A DNA stretch of 64,000 bases from the human T2T-CHM13v2.0 reference genome, Homo sapiens. The position numbers were made by a program, and so were the translations under genes. Location: assembly GCF_009914755.1 (NCBI RefSeq), contig NC_060932.1. One strand, given 5' to 3'. Positions 1 to 24,126 of the stretch are shown piece by piece (positions within the stretch are counted from its first letter, which is position 1; every line of letters begins with the position of its first letter). Below the pieces are notes generated by a model that was not told the origin of the DNA, did not search any database, and saw only the letters and a program-made list of their open reading frames with translations.

Positions 1-252
1 AAGGAGACTTAAGTTCCTCCCCGTTTATCACCACTAAATTCTATCTTTTCGTCCTCTAATCATACTTCTGCACGACTATCCATTAAAACACACAATTTTC
101 TCTCTTTCTTTGGGTCTTCATTTCTGAAGGTTCCAGTGGCATGCAAAATGCACATCAAATGAGTTTGGTTATGCGTTTCTCTTAACCTGGCTTCTGTTAT
201 CGTGGCCTCAGCCATGAACCCAGCAATGGGGGAAGAGAACTCTTCTCTGCAA
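1..252 (+). mobile_element. 3' part of an ERV1-class solo LTR (MER34/MER39-like)
   Basis: TTCTTTGGGTCTTCATTTCTGAAGG...CTCAGCCATGAACC...ATGGG resembles the MER34/MER39 LTR 3' end as I recall it; cut off by the window start. Confidence 0.55.
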
Positions 253-343
253 CATGCATTTTCCTAACTTCAAATTAGGCTCGATAAATTGCATCTGTGT
301 AAGGAGACGCTGGAGAATATAAATGGAGGGAGATCTGTGTTCA

Positions 344-619
<276 letters not shown>

Positions 620-1009
620 CTACTTGCCGTGCATCGAGCATGTCCTGACCCCATAGCTGTAAAGTAAGCAAGCTCATTTCGCTTTCACACAACCCCCACC
701 AACATGTGCCTCGGTACTTACTGTCTGACAATGAAGGATGAGGAAAATGAGGCTCACCGAAGATAATTCAGGAGTGTAAATTAGGATAAAGCACACAGGA
801 CCTCAGTCTGTCATGGACGCAGAGAGATAGGTGAGCTAGATGCTGAGCTATCCATTTTAGGATAAAAGGATTGCTTTTGAGACTTCCAGATCTCTGTATA
901 ATTTAAGCTTTCTACGGCACACAAACCAAATATAAGCTTGGCATTGACAGATGTGTTTGAAGCAGATGGAAGGCAGCTTCGGTGCAGTCAGTGTTGTTCA
1001 CGAAATGCC

Positions 1010-1023
1010 CCACTAGGTGGCAG
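1010..1023 (+). promoter_or_regulatory. Candidate CTCF core motif
   Basis: CCACTAGGTGGCAG is an exact match to CCASYAGRKGGCRS; binding cannot be seen from sequence. Confidence 0.55.
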
Positions 1024-1638
1024 CAGCCACAGCAGGAGAAAAGAGCTTACTCCATTTCGACCTTTTCTACCTGTGTCTGAATGGTCTGCTCTTGTGTTGT
1101 ACTTCTTTCTAAAAATTATATTTTAAAACTTCATCATTTAAAATACCAACAGAAAGGCAAAAATGGGTAACATAAACTCCCTTCTTTATAAAATTTTACC
1201 ATACTTCTATTAGACTTCCAGGTATTTTTCAGAGTGACTTAAAAATCTCTATGCCTAAGGACTCACATTCAGAGGCAGCAGGATCTATGTAGTCCTATTT
1301 AGGGCCATTGAAGCAAGAAGGGTTTAGTTGAAACACCAACAAAAATTAGCAGCCCTGAATGGGTCTGATTTACAGTTTTTTATTTCCTGCGTATTGCACA
1401 CCGATTACAAGGGAGGTAAAGTCACAGTGGACGACAAACAAAAAAACTACCCACGAGTCTCAACTGCTTTGTTTTGCATATATTACATGTTTAAAGAAAA
1501 CACTTATGTCACCCTGTGTAAGGTATGGAATGTGTGGTGTATTTTTAAAATAATCAAGATAAATCCTTAAATATAGAGAAAAGTATAGCAGATAGTAGAT
1601 CTTTATTTTCCTACATTTTGCCCTATTTTTGTCAGAAC

Positions 1639-1949
1639 TTTTTTTTTTTTCCTAGAGATGGGATGTCGCTCCCTCTCCTAGGCTGGAGTGCAGTGTCATG
1701 ATCTTGGCTCACTGCAACCTCTACTTCCTGGGTTCAAGTGATTCTCCTGCCTCAGCCTCCCAAGAAGCTAGGACTACAAGCATGAGCTGTCATGTTCAGT
1801 TACTATTAGTATTATTATTTGTATTTATAGTAGACATGGGGTTTCACCAAGTTGACCAGGCTGGTCTTGAACTCCTCACCTCAGGTGATCCACCTGCCTC
1901 GGCCTCCCAAAGTGCTGTGATTACAGGCATGAGCCACCACGCCCAGACC
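1639..1949 (-). mobile_element. Alu (AluS-type)
   Basis: Poly-T followed by a reverse-complement dimeric Alu; target site duplication (TSD) CAGAACTTTTT on both sides. Confidence 0.95.
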
Positions 1950-2085
1950 AGAACTTTTTATAAAACAAAAAATCTTATACATGCAACAATTTTTTGCCTC
2001 CACTCCACCAAATCATTGGTTCTTTCTCTTATCACACACTCTGAAGTTGTAATGTAATATCCCCATTTGTGTATATATATATATA

Positions 2086-5033
<2,948 letters not shown>

Positions 5034-5293
5034 CTCTTTTTTATATAGACTAATTCCTATAATTGTATTTCTTTTATTTTATTTTATTATTATACTTTAA
5101 GTTTTAGGGTACATGTGCACAACCTACAGGTTTGTTGCATATGTATACATGTGCCATGCTGGTGTGCTACACCCATTAACTCATCATTTAACATTAGGTA
5201 TATCTCCTAATGCTATCCCTCCCCACTCCCCCTACCCCACAACAGTCCCCGGTGTGTGATGTTCCCCTTCCTGTGTCCGTGTGTTCTCATTGT

Positions 5294-9115
<3,822 letters not shown>

Positions 9116-9178
9116 TATGATGTTAGCTGGTTATTTTGCTCGTTAGTTGATGCAGTTTCTTCCTAGTCTCGATGGTCT

Positions 9179-10195
9179 TTACATTTTGGCATGATTTTGC
9201 AGTGGCTGGTACCGGTTGTTCCTTTCCATGTTTAGTGCTTCCTTCAGGAGGTCTTTTAGGGCAGGCCTGGTGGTGACAAAATCTCTCAGCATTTGCTTGT
9301 GTGTAAAGTATTTTATTTCTCCTTCACTTATGAAGCTTAGTTTGGCTGGATATGAAATTCTGGGTTGAAAATTCTTTCTTTTAAGAATGTTGAATATTGG
9401 CCCCCACTCTCTTCTGGCTTGTAGAGTTTTTGCCGAGAGATCCGCTGTTGGTCTGATGGGCTTCCTTTTGTGGGTAACCGGACCTTTCTCTCTGGCTGCC
9501 TTTAACATTTTTTCCTTCATTTCAACTTTGGTGAATCTGACAATTATGTGTCTTTGAGTTGCTCTTCTCGAGGAGTATCTTTGTGGCGTTCTCTGGATTT
9601 CCTGAATTTGAATGTTGGCCTGCCTTGCTAGATTGGGGAATTTCTCCTGGTTAATATCCTGCAGAGTGTTTTCCAACTTGGTTCCATTCTCCCTGTCACT
9701 TTTAGGTACACCAATCAGACGTAGATTCGGTCTTTTCACATAGTCCCATATTTCTTGGAGGCTTTGTTTGTTTCTTTTTATTCTTTTTTTCTCTAAACTT
9801 CTCTTCTTGCTTCATTTCATTCATTTCATCTTCCATCACTGATACCTTGTCTTCCTGTTGATTGTATTGGCTACTGAGGCTTGTGCATTTGTCACGTAGT
9901 CTTCGTGCCTTGGTTTTCAGCTACATCAGGTCCTTTAAGGACTTCTGTGCATTGGTTATTCTAGTTAGCCATTCGTTTAATTTTTTTTACAAGGTTTTTA
10001 ACTTCTTTGCCATGGGTTCAAACTTCCTCCTGTAGCTCAGAGTAGTTTGATCATCTGAAGCCTTCTTCTCTCAACTTGTCAAAGTCATTCTCCATCCAGC
10101 TTTGTTCCATTGCTGGTGAGGAGCTGTGTTCCTTTGGAGGTGGAGAGGTGTTCTGATTTTTAGTTTGCAGTTTTTCTGCTCTGTTTTTTCCCCAT
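9179..10195 (-). pseudogene. Disrupted L1 ORF1p
   Basis: KRPNLRLIGVP...RNNRYQPLQNHAKM C-terminal half is open; the N-terminal half is frameshifted. Confidence 0.9.
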
Positions 10196-10766
10196 CTTTG
10201 TGGTTTTATCTACCTTTGGTCTTTGATGATGATGACGTACAGATGGGGTTTTGGTGTGGATGTCCTTTCTGTTTGTTGTTTTCCTTCTAACAGTCAGGAC
10301 CCTCAGCTGCACATCTGTTGGAGTTTGCTGGAGGTGCACTCCGGACCCTGTTTGCCTGGGTATCAGCAGCAGAGACTGCAGAACAGCAGATGTTGGTGAA
10401 CAGCAAATGCTGCTGTCTGATCATTCCTCCGGAAGTTTTGTCTCAGAGTACCAGGCCGTGTGAGGTGTCTGTTGGCCCCTACTGGGGGGGTGCCTCCCAG
10501 TTAGGCTACTCAGGGGTCAGGGACCCCCTTGAGGAGGCAGTCTGTCTGTTCTGAGATCTCAAGCTGTGTGCCGGGAGATCCACTATGCTCTTCAAAGCTG
10601 TCAGACAGGGACATTTAAGTCTGCAGAGGTTTCTGCTGCCTTCTGTTGGTCTGTGCCCTGCCTGCAGAGGTGGAGTCTACAGAGGCAGGCAGGCTTCCTT
10701 GAGCTGTGGTGGGCTCCACCCAGTTCAAGCTTCTGGGCCGTTTTTTTAGTCATTCAAGCCTTGGCA

Positions 10767-10841
10767 ATGGCGGGCGCCCCTCCCCCAGCCTTGCTGCAGC
10801 CTTGCAGTTTGATCTCAGACTGCTGTGCTAGCAATGAGTGA
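10767..10841 (+). pseudogene. Truncated L1 antisense ORF0 (MAGAPPPALLQPCSLISDCCASNE*)
   Basis: Matches the primate L1 ORF0 N-terminus; premature TGA at 10839, probably CGA>TGA CpG decay. Confidence 0.8.
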
Positions 10842-11363
10842 GGCTCCGTGGGGGTAGGACCCTCTGAGTCAGGCACGGGATATAATCTCCTGGTGTGCCG
10901 TTTGCTAAGACCATTGGAAAAGCAAGCCCAGTATTAGGGTGGGAGTGACCCGATTTTCCAGGTGCCGTCTGTCACCCCTTTCTTTGACTAGGATAGGGAA
11001 TTCCCTGACCCCTTGCACTTCCTGGGTGAGTTGATGCCTCCCCCTGCTTTGGCTCCCGCTTGGTGGGCTGCACCCATTGTCCTGCACCCACTTTCCGACA
11101 CTCCCCAGTGAGATGTACCCGGTACCTTAGTTGGAAATGGAGAAATCGCCCGTCTTCTGCGTCATTCATGCTGGGAGCTGTAGACTGGAGCTGTTCCTAT
11201 TTGGCCATCTTGGCTCCACCCATCCCATTTATATTTTTAGAAGCTTCATATGTGTGTGTATTTGTATTCCTAAACAATATATTGTACTACTCTGTGTGTT
11301 TAAGAGTAGTTACATATTAAATATTACTTGACATGTGTGTGCTTGTATCACTTTCAATTTGCT

Positions 11364-11671
11364 TTTATTTTATTTATTTATTTTATTTGAGATGGAGTCT
11401 TGCTTTGTTGCCCAGGTTGGAGTACAGTGGTGTGATCTTGGCTCACTGGAAGCTCTGCCACCCGGGTTCATGCCATTCTCCTGCCTCAGCCTCCCGAGTA
11501 GCTGGGACTACAGGTGCCCACCACCACACATGGCTAATTTTTTTGTATTTTTTAGTAGACACGGGGTTTCACTGTGTTAGCCAGGAAGGTCTCGATCTCC
11601 TGACCTTGTGATCCAGCTGCCTCGGCCTCCCAAAGTGCTGGGATTAGAGGTGTGAGCCACTGAGCCCAGCC
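11364..11671 (-). mobile_element. Alu (AluY-like)
   Basis: GGGTTCATGCCATTCTC and GATCTCCTGACCTTGTGAT diagnostics; TSD TCA(A/G)TTTGCTTTT. Confidence 0.93.
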
Positions 11672-12224
11672 TCAGTTTGCTTTTGTACTATTATGGGAGA
11701 GACCGTTATACTGAAAAAAAGGTAGAACTTTGTTAATTTACTTTAAAACTGTAAGTGCTTTATTTTCGTAGTTCCTTACTAAAGGTCAGTTTGTTTCTAC
11801 ATTTTAATTTTGACACATGGTACCGCACTGGATATTCCACTGTACTGATCCAAGGATCTTTCTAGGCCAGCATGATAAAGCAGATTTGCTAACTCGCTCT
11901 CCCTTGGGATTCTAACTGCTTTGGTCCAGGGTAATGTATGTATTGCCCTTGTTTTATTATATCTTTAGGAATACCTGATTACCATCAGACTAAGAGTTCT
12001 ACATATATATAGAAAATTTGATGGTTGTGGAATGGTGTCTTGTTTAAATTACTTTCCCTGATCACTCATAAAGTTGATCATCATTTTGCATCTATAAGAC
12101 GTTCCCTTTTTGATTTAGTTCAATAATTCAACATTTACTCGGCACCAAGAGTGTACTGAGTGCACCTCGAGGAACTTTGCATACATCTGCCAAGTTGAGT
12201 CCTGCCTTCGTGGAGTTCGTGTTG

Positions 12225-12299
12225 TACAGGGAAGAGATAGGCAAACCACAGCATCCATAATAATACAGGGAAGAGACAGGCAGTCCACAGCACCCATAA
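12225..12299. repeat. Two-copy tandem duplication, 39-bp period
   Basis: TACAGGGAAGAGA(T/C)AGGCA..CCACAGCA(T/C)CCATAA at 12225 and 12264. Confidence 0.85.
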
Positions 12300-12703
12300 C
12301 AAATGGGTGAAGAATATGGAATGTTAGTAGGTGGTAAATGCAATTGAAGAAATAAAAAAGTAGACAGGAAAAGAATCACTGGGATACTAATTCTTAGGGG
12401 AGGAAGGGGAAGCCTGAAGTATTAAATGGGGTTGTTAGGCTAAGCCATCTTGGCAGAGGCAGATTTTGGTGCAGCCTTGAAGGAGTTAAGGGTGTTTGTC
12501 GCATCCTGTGAGACGTAAGAATTCAGCCAAGCAGAAGCCCCACGTAAGGGGCATACCGTCCGCATTTGAGGACAGCCAGGAGCCAGTGCAGCAAGAACAG
12601 AGGAAGGGGGACTGGGAAGGAAGAGCTGAGAGCAGAGAAGAATGGGGGTTGTGAATTGGATGGTGGGAGAGAGGTGCCTACGCACAGAGGGCTTTGTAGG
12701 CTG

Positions 12704-12757
12704 TTTTAAGGATGATATACCGATGCGGGATTTTAAGGATGATATACCAAGGCAGGA
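12704..12757. repeat. Two-copy tandem duplication, 27-bp period
   Basis: TTTTAAGGATGATATACC at 12704 and 12731. Confidence 0.85.
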
Positions 12758-13319
12758 GTCCTCACCAACAATTTAAAGAACTGGCCGTGCTTGCTTGCTC
12801 TGTTGACAACATGCCATGGAGGGAAAATGACACTCTGTCAACGTTTTGAGTAATCCAAGAAAGTGGCGTATGTGCTGAGATGAGCTGAATGTGGAGGTAC
12901 CCAGGCACTGGTCAGGTCCTGGATACGTTTTGAAGGGAGAGAAAACAGGCTTGGAAGAGGTGTGCGTGAGGTGAGGATGTGCTGGCCCTGTAGGTTTGTC
13001 CCTCAGAAACTGGAAAAGTGGAGTTGTCATCCAGTGAACTGAGAAACGGTGCAGTATGTTTATGGGATGGGGAAAATCAGAGTTTCTGTCTTGGACCTGT
13101 TGAGTTTAAGTTGTCAACTAGACATAGATGGAGGGGTATGTAGGTAGCTGTTCACGTAAGTTGGAGTTTCAGAGAGAAGTCAGAGTGGAGAAAATAAACA
13201 TGTATGTCTTCAACAAAGAAATAGTTTATAAACTATAGGACTGGATGAAATCTTCGAAGTTCTTAGGTGGAGAATAGAAGAGGACTATGGATTCTGAAGT
13301 ACCTGGTCACATATGTTTG

Positions 13320-14998
<1,679 letters not shown>

Positions 14999-15416
14999 AA
15001 TTATCTTTTACATAAAATTCAAATTTGGCAAAACTCTTCTGAAGTCTTAATAGTGATTGTCCTGGAGAAGAGACAATTTGAATAGAGCTCAAAGGTCTAT
15101 CCTGAGTCCAGATAATTTTCCCTTTCTTTATCTGAGTTCTGGTTACATGGGGGTGTTTCTTTTGTGAACAAGCCACATGGCAGTTTTTATGCTATATGCT
15201 AATGAGAAGCTTACACAGAAAAACAAACATGCACCCTGGTACCATGGAGTTTTGCCATCTTGGAAAATGTCTCATGACTCCAACAAAAAATATGATACAA
15301 CAAAACTTAAATGTAGGTAAGTGTCAGCCATTTTTTATTCAAATGTAAAATTGTTAAAAGTCAAAATGCCAGACACAATTCCACTAGGTAAAGGAAGTTA
15401 AAAAAAATGGAGTGAA

Positions 15417-15707
15417 GCCAGGTATGGTGGCTCACGCCTGTAATCCCAGTATTTTGGGAGGCCGAGGTGGGTGGATCGCCTGAGGTCAGGAGTTCGAGAC
15501 CAGCCTGGCCAATATGGTGAAACCCTGTCTCTACTAAAAATATAAAAATCAGCTGGGCATGGTGGCAGACACCTGTAATCCCAGCTACTCAGGAGGCTCA
15601 GGCAGGAGCATTGCTTGAACTCTGGAGGTGGAGGTTGCAGTGAGCCAAGATCACGCTATTGCACTCCAGCCTGGGGGACAAGAGCAACACTTTGTCTCAA
15701 AAAAAAA
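15417..15707 (+). mobile_element. Alu (AluSx/Sq-like)
   Basis: GCCAGGTATGGTGGCTCACGCCTGTAATCCCAG...GTCTCAAAAA. Confidence 0.95.
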
Positions 15708-16039
15708 GGAATGCAATGTGGTATCATCGCTAAGGAACTCTGTGATATCAGATACAGGCACGTGAGGAAAAGCACACATCCTCCAACGCACAGTGTCCCA
15801 AGGTCTGGCAGATAAAAGAAAAGCACTCCACCATACAGCGGACATGGGTGTAATTCTGCCTCACAAAGTGTGGGAAGGCTCTTGTCCAGCCAAGAGAAAG
15901 CAGGAAAGGAATCCAGGGAAAGGAGAGAACCGGAAATGCAGGTGGGAGGTGAAGTGCACAGAGAAGAGGAAGTCACTAACCAAATGTATTCACATGTCAA
16001 AAAAGTCAACATAGGAAAGGTATAAACAGATATAACCAA

Positions 16040-17245
<1,206 letters not shown>

Positions 17246-20161
17246 TTAGAAATGGTATAAACAAGCAACAAGAGAGACAATGTTTAATGGTACATGTCCA
17301 CACCACACAATATACATTGATACGTATAAGACATTTGCCATTGATGTCTATAGGGGAATAATACATGATTTCTTCAATTGTTTTTTTTTAATTTTTTCAA
17401 AATCTATATAGACATTAGTTTTATAGACATAAACATAAATTTTTAAAATAAAACAAACCATATTGTTTGGGGTAGGAGCAGTGGGTGCAAGGCAGCCTTT
17501 GCAGGGTGGTCAGTGGAAACCTGGTGAGTTAGGAGGGTCTACCCAGCGAAGGAACCAGGTGGTGGGCAGGGAGGAGAGTTTGGGAGGCTTCAGATGGGGT
17601 CTAAATGAGAAATGAAGCTCACAGAAGTGTGGGAGCTAGTGAAACTTGCCCTGGAGGTCTTGACATGTGGATATGATATTAACAGAGATTATTAGTACAG
17701 AAGGAAGGTAACTGATGAAGAGAAATGATGAGATCAGGGAACAACACAGAATATTTCTGGATGGGATAATAAAAATGAATTTTTGCTGAGCCCTAAGAGA
17801 TGGGAAGAAACTGGAGGTGAGTCAATGAGGAGAAACTCAAGACAGTGTGTGTAAAGAGAGCACCACAGTAGCACAGGCTATGATCAGAGATCAGTCAAGC
17901 TTTCTTTGTCCTGAAGTCGAAAGTATCCATGAGCAGCCAAAGATACACCTGGAAAGCCGCACTAAGCCAAATTCTAGAGGGTATTATGGTTCTGGGTAAG
18001 GAGCTGGTGCTTGTCAACGTACAGTGAGGGTATTTGAGAGATTGGAGAGAATAAAGGATGGATTTGGGAAGGTCAGTTAAGAGAAGACTAAAGTAACAGG
18101 AAAGTCATGGGAATTCATAATGGTGGATAAGAAGAAAGGAAACATAAAGAGATGGAGAAATGACAGGGCTTTGTTTTCAGATTCTATGCACTTTTTTTTC
18201 AGTGTCTCGTCTAAAGAAATCTCATATAATTTATCAAAAGAATTCCATGAGCTGTACAGTCCTATTTTCATTGTTTTAGGTGGGAAATTACTGGATATTG
18301 AGGGAGGAGAAATAAGCAACAGCAGAGCATAACACTGAAGACTAAAGTCTCCCGCCCCTTGGAGGGAGACAGTAACACAAATAGGGAATGATGACAATAA
18401 TGATGAAATAATGATGAAATGTGAGGAGTTGGGAACACATGATGAGCTCTGAGGAGAGATGTCAGGGAAGTTTGGATCAGCTTCCACCATTTTATCTCTT
18501 GTGCTTTTCAGATCCTGAAATATCTCTAGAAGTTTCTTTAATGTTTTTTTCTGGAGTCACTTCTTCTGGAATATCTCCATCGTTCTCATCACAGCATCTC
18601 CTCCCTTACACTCCTACGTCCTTCTTGGCTGAGTTTCCCTGGCTGCCTATCTAAGGTCTCTCCGCACAGCAGTGGCAATGTTCCCACCTCAGCTATTTCT
18701 CCTGTAATTCCATTTATGTGTGATTTGAGTTTCACTTCCCATGATATCACTTCTCATTTCTTCCCTGCATGTCTATCTTTTCTGGGCAATTCCTTCTTTG
18801 CAATTCCCGTTTTGTAAGACATCAAGTGCACTGATCACTGGGAGCAAAGAAGACAACACAACTACCCTCTTTGCTGTCTGAGAATGCACTGAATAGCAGG
18901 CACCCTGTGAGCAGTCACCAGCAGATGTTGAAAGAGGAGATGTGATCTGTTACCAGTGATGATGATGTGCCTCGTTATCCATATAGTGATGTAGGAACTG
19001 AAGAGCTCAGAATTTGTCCTTCATGCACTTTCTCACAGTTTATGTACCATGGCAGCTGAAATGTGAGTGGTATGGTTGGGAGCTGGTGTTATTTAACTAA
19101 TCTGTGGCAACTGAAAATATGAGTCAGAACTTTGCAAAGTGAGTGGGGTTGCAGGTTTCTTTCCTCTGACTCAGGCTCTCCTACATGTCTGGTAAGGTCA
19201 CCCATGCCCAGCAACTGCTCCCAGAGCCCCAGGTTAAAGGGGGTCTGGAGTAGCAGCCATAGGCATAGGGAAAAACTGTAGACTTCTATAACTCTTTTAC
19301 TTCATGGCTGAAATTACTTAAATTGTTATTTCTTTGTATTGTCTATGAAAACTAAGGGAAGGGTCTATAGTGATGTTGATAGGAATGGAGAAATTGGACA
19401 TGCTTTTATTCCTGAGTGGCCTCATACTTTTCTGTCCTGTCAGGAAAATTCTCCAACCCATGGTCTATGTACAGAGGCTGGACATGGAGACTGGGGATAA
19501 ATGTATAGTTTTCTCTTAAGTGTATTTCCTACTGGGATCTGGAAGGTTGATCAGAAATGGATTAATATTCCTAGATCTTCAGTGCAATTTCACTCTAATC
19601 TCTCTAAAACCTGATGCCACTAGAAAGAAAATCCAGGTCAGGACAGCCAGCAGAACACCAGGGTCGTCAAACCACATGTTACCTTTTCTAAAAGTCTGCA
19701 TAGGAATGCTTTTGACAACCTTGATACCTTTTTGATATGCGTCCAATGTTTTTCATACTGTGCGAGCTTATTAAAAATAATTCCCTTCAACTATACTACC
19801 AAATGCAATTTTCTGCTAACAATTAGGAACAGAAGTACATTCAAAGTGAGCTTTCCAGACAATTACACTGGCAGAAAAGCAATTAAAGCTTAGGAACAGT
19901 GTACACATATGGTTATGTAAAACATAGCCTTTAATGTTGCTAGCTGAAGAAGTTTATAATGCTGTTACTTTCGTTACATAAAGCAAAGCATGGCTGTGCC
20001 CAGCAATGAAATATGCTGGATCTCTTAGAGAAATATTACCAAATAACTTTCAATGGGGCTAAATTTTCTACAATGTCTTGTGATTAGACTTTTAATTAAA
20101 TTTGGCTCAGGTAACTGCTCTATAGCATACATGTTAAAATTAGAAATTCTTCCAGACCCAA

Positions 20162-20225
20162 GTGCCCCATAATAATAACTATTTTGGGGTATTGCGCCCC
20201 ATTATAATAACTATTTTGGGGTATT
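20162..20225. repeat. Two-copy tandem duplication, 32-bp period
   Basis: G(T/C)GCCCCAT(A/T)ATAATAACTATTTTGGGGTATT x2. Confidence 0.92.
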
Positions 20226-21317
20226 CAATTACCTCAAACAAAGAGGAATAGCACTATATAAGCAGAAGTTGCTCTGGGCCTCAATGAAATCAATGTAGCT
20301 CTGCAATAATTGGCCTAAAGTAAAATATTGAAACCAGCCTTTTCATATTTTCCAAGATCCGGCTGTTTATTCATTCCTTGAGAGTGAAAAATATTTACAT
20401 TAAGATATCATAGTATAAATGCATAGTAATGATTACATTTATATTAAGATATTTTAAAGAGCTAAATTAATCCCTGTGTTCATATTTATATGACTGATGT
20501 ATTTCTCATTTTCAAGTTAACATTGTAGGTAATACAGACTATGTTACCATTGAAATAAATAAGACTTAGTAACCATGCAAGCTAATATCAAGGCTAAGAC
20601 CAGACACCATTTTTTCTGAGTATTAGTACAATTTTAAGTACATGATATACAATTTTAGTATATTATGTACTTCTAATTATGGTTTTGCCAGATCACCATA
20701 CTAAAAATTGCATTTATGTTATTCATGAAGAGTGGTTCAATCATCAAAAACATTTTGGGATTAAGTTGATTGTCAATTGAGGAAATTAAGGATAAACATG
20801 GATGGCTACCCTCTTAAGCTGCTTATTGGGAAGAAGTTTATGCTTTAAATTTAATAGATGTATTTATAAATTTGATAGTGTGTACCTCATATTGAAATAT
20901 ACGTATACGAAGAAAATTTTTCAAAGTCAGTTCATGCAATAAAAACTGCACGTTTTTATTCAAATATTTTTTTATTTTTCTCTTTTTTTAATTTTTTTTA
21001 TTAAAATGTTAACAAAGTATTAGATTCACCTGTAAAGAGTGAATCCATGACTTGGTTTGCATTTAGAGAAAGACAATGCTCACTCTAATTAATTCCAGTA
21101 AATTAAGCCACAAAGGAAATTTTAAGAAAAACAAAAATGTGAAATTCTTCTAAAAGAAGATAAATTATTTTTATATAAAGTCATTCCATTAGCATAGATG
21201 ATTTCTACAACTTTTCAAAATCAAAGCCATTGGAAGTGGTTTTTACATTACTCAAATCTAGCATTTGTGAATTCAAAGTTAAGGACTAATATTTAATTTA
21301 ATTAATTTATTTACTTA

Positions 21318-21439
21318 AGACTGCAGTGGTGTGATCATAGCTTACTTCAGCCTTGACCAACTGGGCTCAAGACATCCTCTTGCTTCATCCCCTCAAAGAA
21401 AGTGCTGGGATGACAGGTGTGAGCCGCTATGCCTGGCCT
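21318..21439 (-). mobile_element. Degenerate Alu monomer / AluJ fragment
   Basis: TGCAGTGGTGTGATCATAGCT...AAGTGCTGGGATGACAGGTGTGAGCC. Confidence 0.75.
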
Positions 21440-21602
21440 ATTTATTTCCATAGAAACATGCCTTCATTGATTTTCATGAGGAATATGAAATATTAAATTC
21501 TGTTACTCAGCTATAACTTAGTGTTGTCCCAACAGATCAATAATCATCAAATTAATCATTTATCTTGATTAATTTTAAAATGAGTTATTATAAAATAGTA
21601 TG

Positions 21603-22291
<689 letters not shown>

Positions 22292-22533
22292 CTAGATATG
22301 CTTTAATTGTTCTTCTTGCTCCTTTTATGTAGGGAGAACCTTTCTCATGTAGGGTGTATAATATGCATTTTCCTCACTCCACTTCATCCCATTTTATTTT
22401 TGTTAAGTTATAGGGTTGCAGTGAAGTAAGTGTATGATATCTATGTGTAATACACATTACTAAGCTTGATAGGGTGGCTTTTCTGAATAAGGACAAAAAT
22501 CATTTGTTTATAAATATTTTCCATCCTTCCACA

Positions 22534-22720
22534 TCTTCTGCCTCAGTGTCCTGAGTAGCTGGGATTACAGGTGTGTGCCACCATGCCCAGATGCTTTTTG
22601 TATTTTTAGTGGTGATGGAGTTTTGCCATGCTGGCCAGGCTGATCTCGAACTACTGATCTTAAGTGATCCACCCACCTCGGCCTCCCAAAGTGTTAGGCA
22701 TGAGCCACTGTGCCCAGCCT
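22534..22720 (-). mobile_element. Partial Alu
   Basis: CTGCCTCAG..CTGAGTAGCTGGGATTACAGG...GCCCAGCC. Confidence 0.88.
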
Positions 22721-23075
22721 GACTTTGACCTGTAACTTTTTTTCAGCTTCCCGTATGTGTAGGAGGAGCTGAAGCAGCTGGGCCGATTCATTTAGTCTTT
22801 TGTGGGTATAATAGCATGATGGAGTGTAGACGCCTGGGACATGCAGATTAAGGCTATTGGAGGTCAGAGTTTCTTAAAAGCAAATTTTGTACAGAAAATT
22901 AATAACAACAATGAAACAGAAAGGTTAATTGAAGGAAAAATACATTTTAAAAAGGATTGGTTAGGACTGTGTGTCCACTTCATTTTAAACAAGAACTAAA
23001 AATAAAACTGATTTTAAAATTACCTTTTGCCTTATGTGCTATGGTTTTGGAGACAGATTTCTGAGTAGATCACCA

Positions 23076-23121
23076 AGAGCTTACTTTAAAAATATTACAG
23101 AGCTTACTTTAAAAATATTAC
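23076..23121. repeat. Perfect two-copy tandem duplication, 23 bp
   Basis: AGAGCTTACTTTAAAAATATTAC x2. Confidence 0.95.
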
Positions 23122-23289
23122 TTTTTGTTGGTTTAAATAACTCATCATCATAACTCAGAACTCACTATTGGAATAGAACACTTTTTGTTTAAATGTTCAC
23201 ATCATTTTCTGAAATTTGCAATGATTTTCTTTTATATGTGTTACTTTAGAGTACTTTCTTGGTCTACCTCAAAGTTACTTTGGTATAAT

Positions 23290-23730
23290 TGCAAAATGAC
23301 ACACATTGCTCCCATCCCTGCACAAAAGTCTTTTTAAAATATGACTCTGCTTCTCTTCCTATTAAAAGAACAGCAGAGTGTATTTCTTCATATCTTGAGT
23401 CTTGCCTAGCCCATGAGACTTGCTTTGACAAAGGGCACCTTAGCAAGTGTAATGTAAGCACAAGTTGGAAATTTGTTCATCCCTTGCTGCTACAACCCTC
23501 CCACCGTGACTAGCCTGCTGCAGGAACAGAAGCCTGGTGTGCAGGGGCTCCTGCTTTCCCAACCATCCCAGCTGAGGCCCTCACACCTAAGGAAGGTCAT
23601 CCTGGACTGCTCATCCCCAGGCAGTCTCACGCAGATCAGAACAGCCCAGGCAACCCACGAAGTCATGATGTTTTTTTCAGCTACTAAATTTGGGGGATAG
23701 TTTGTTATGCAGCAGAAGCTAACTGATACA
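23290..23730 (+). mobile_element. MaLR LTR (MLT1F/G/H-type)
   Basis: Ends CTAAATTTGGGGGATAGTTTGTTATGCAGCAGAAGCTAACTGATACA, a typical MLT1 terminus. Confidence 0.75.
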
Positions 23731-23889
23731 CTCTCATTTTGGCTTTACTATATAGAACTTAATTAATGGTTTCAAGGCAACAGCAAAGTAAGCAAGTGAG
23801 CCAACAAAACTTTTAGCTACAGCTTTACCTTTTCTTCTTTAGTTCAGAAACTTTAACCATGGATATTTGGTGTACCACTATCTCTGCTA

Positions 23890-24126
<237 letters not shown>

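Larger units (their letters stand above)
12115..13290 (-). mobile_element. Degenerate L2 LINE 3' portion
   Basis: L2-like 3' end (TTCAACATTTACT...CCTGCCTTCGTGGAG) followed by purine-rich L2 body motifs. Confidence 0.6.
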
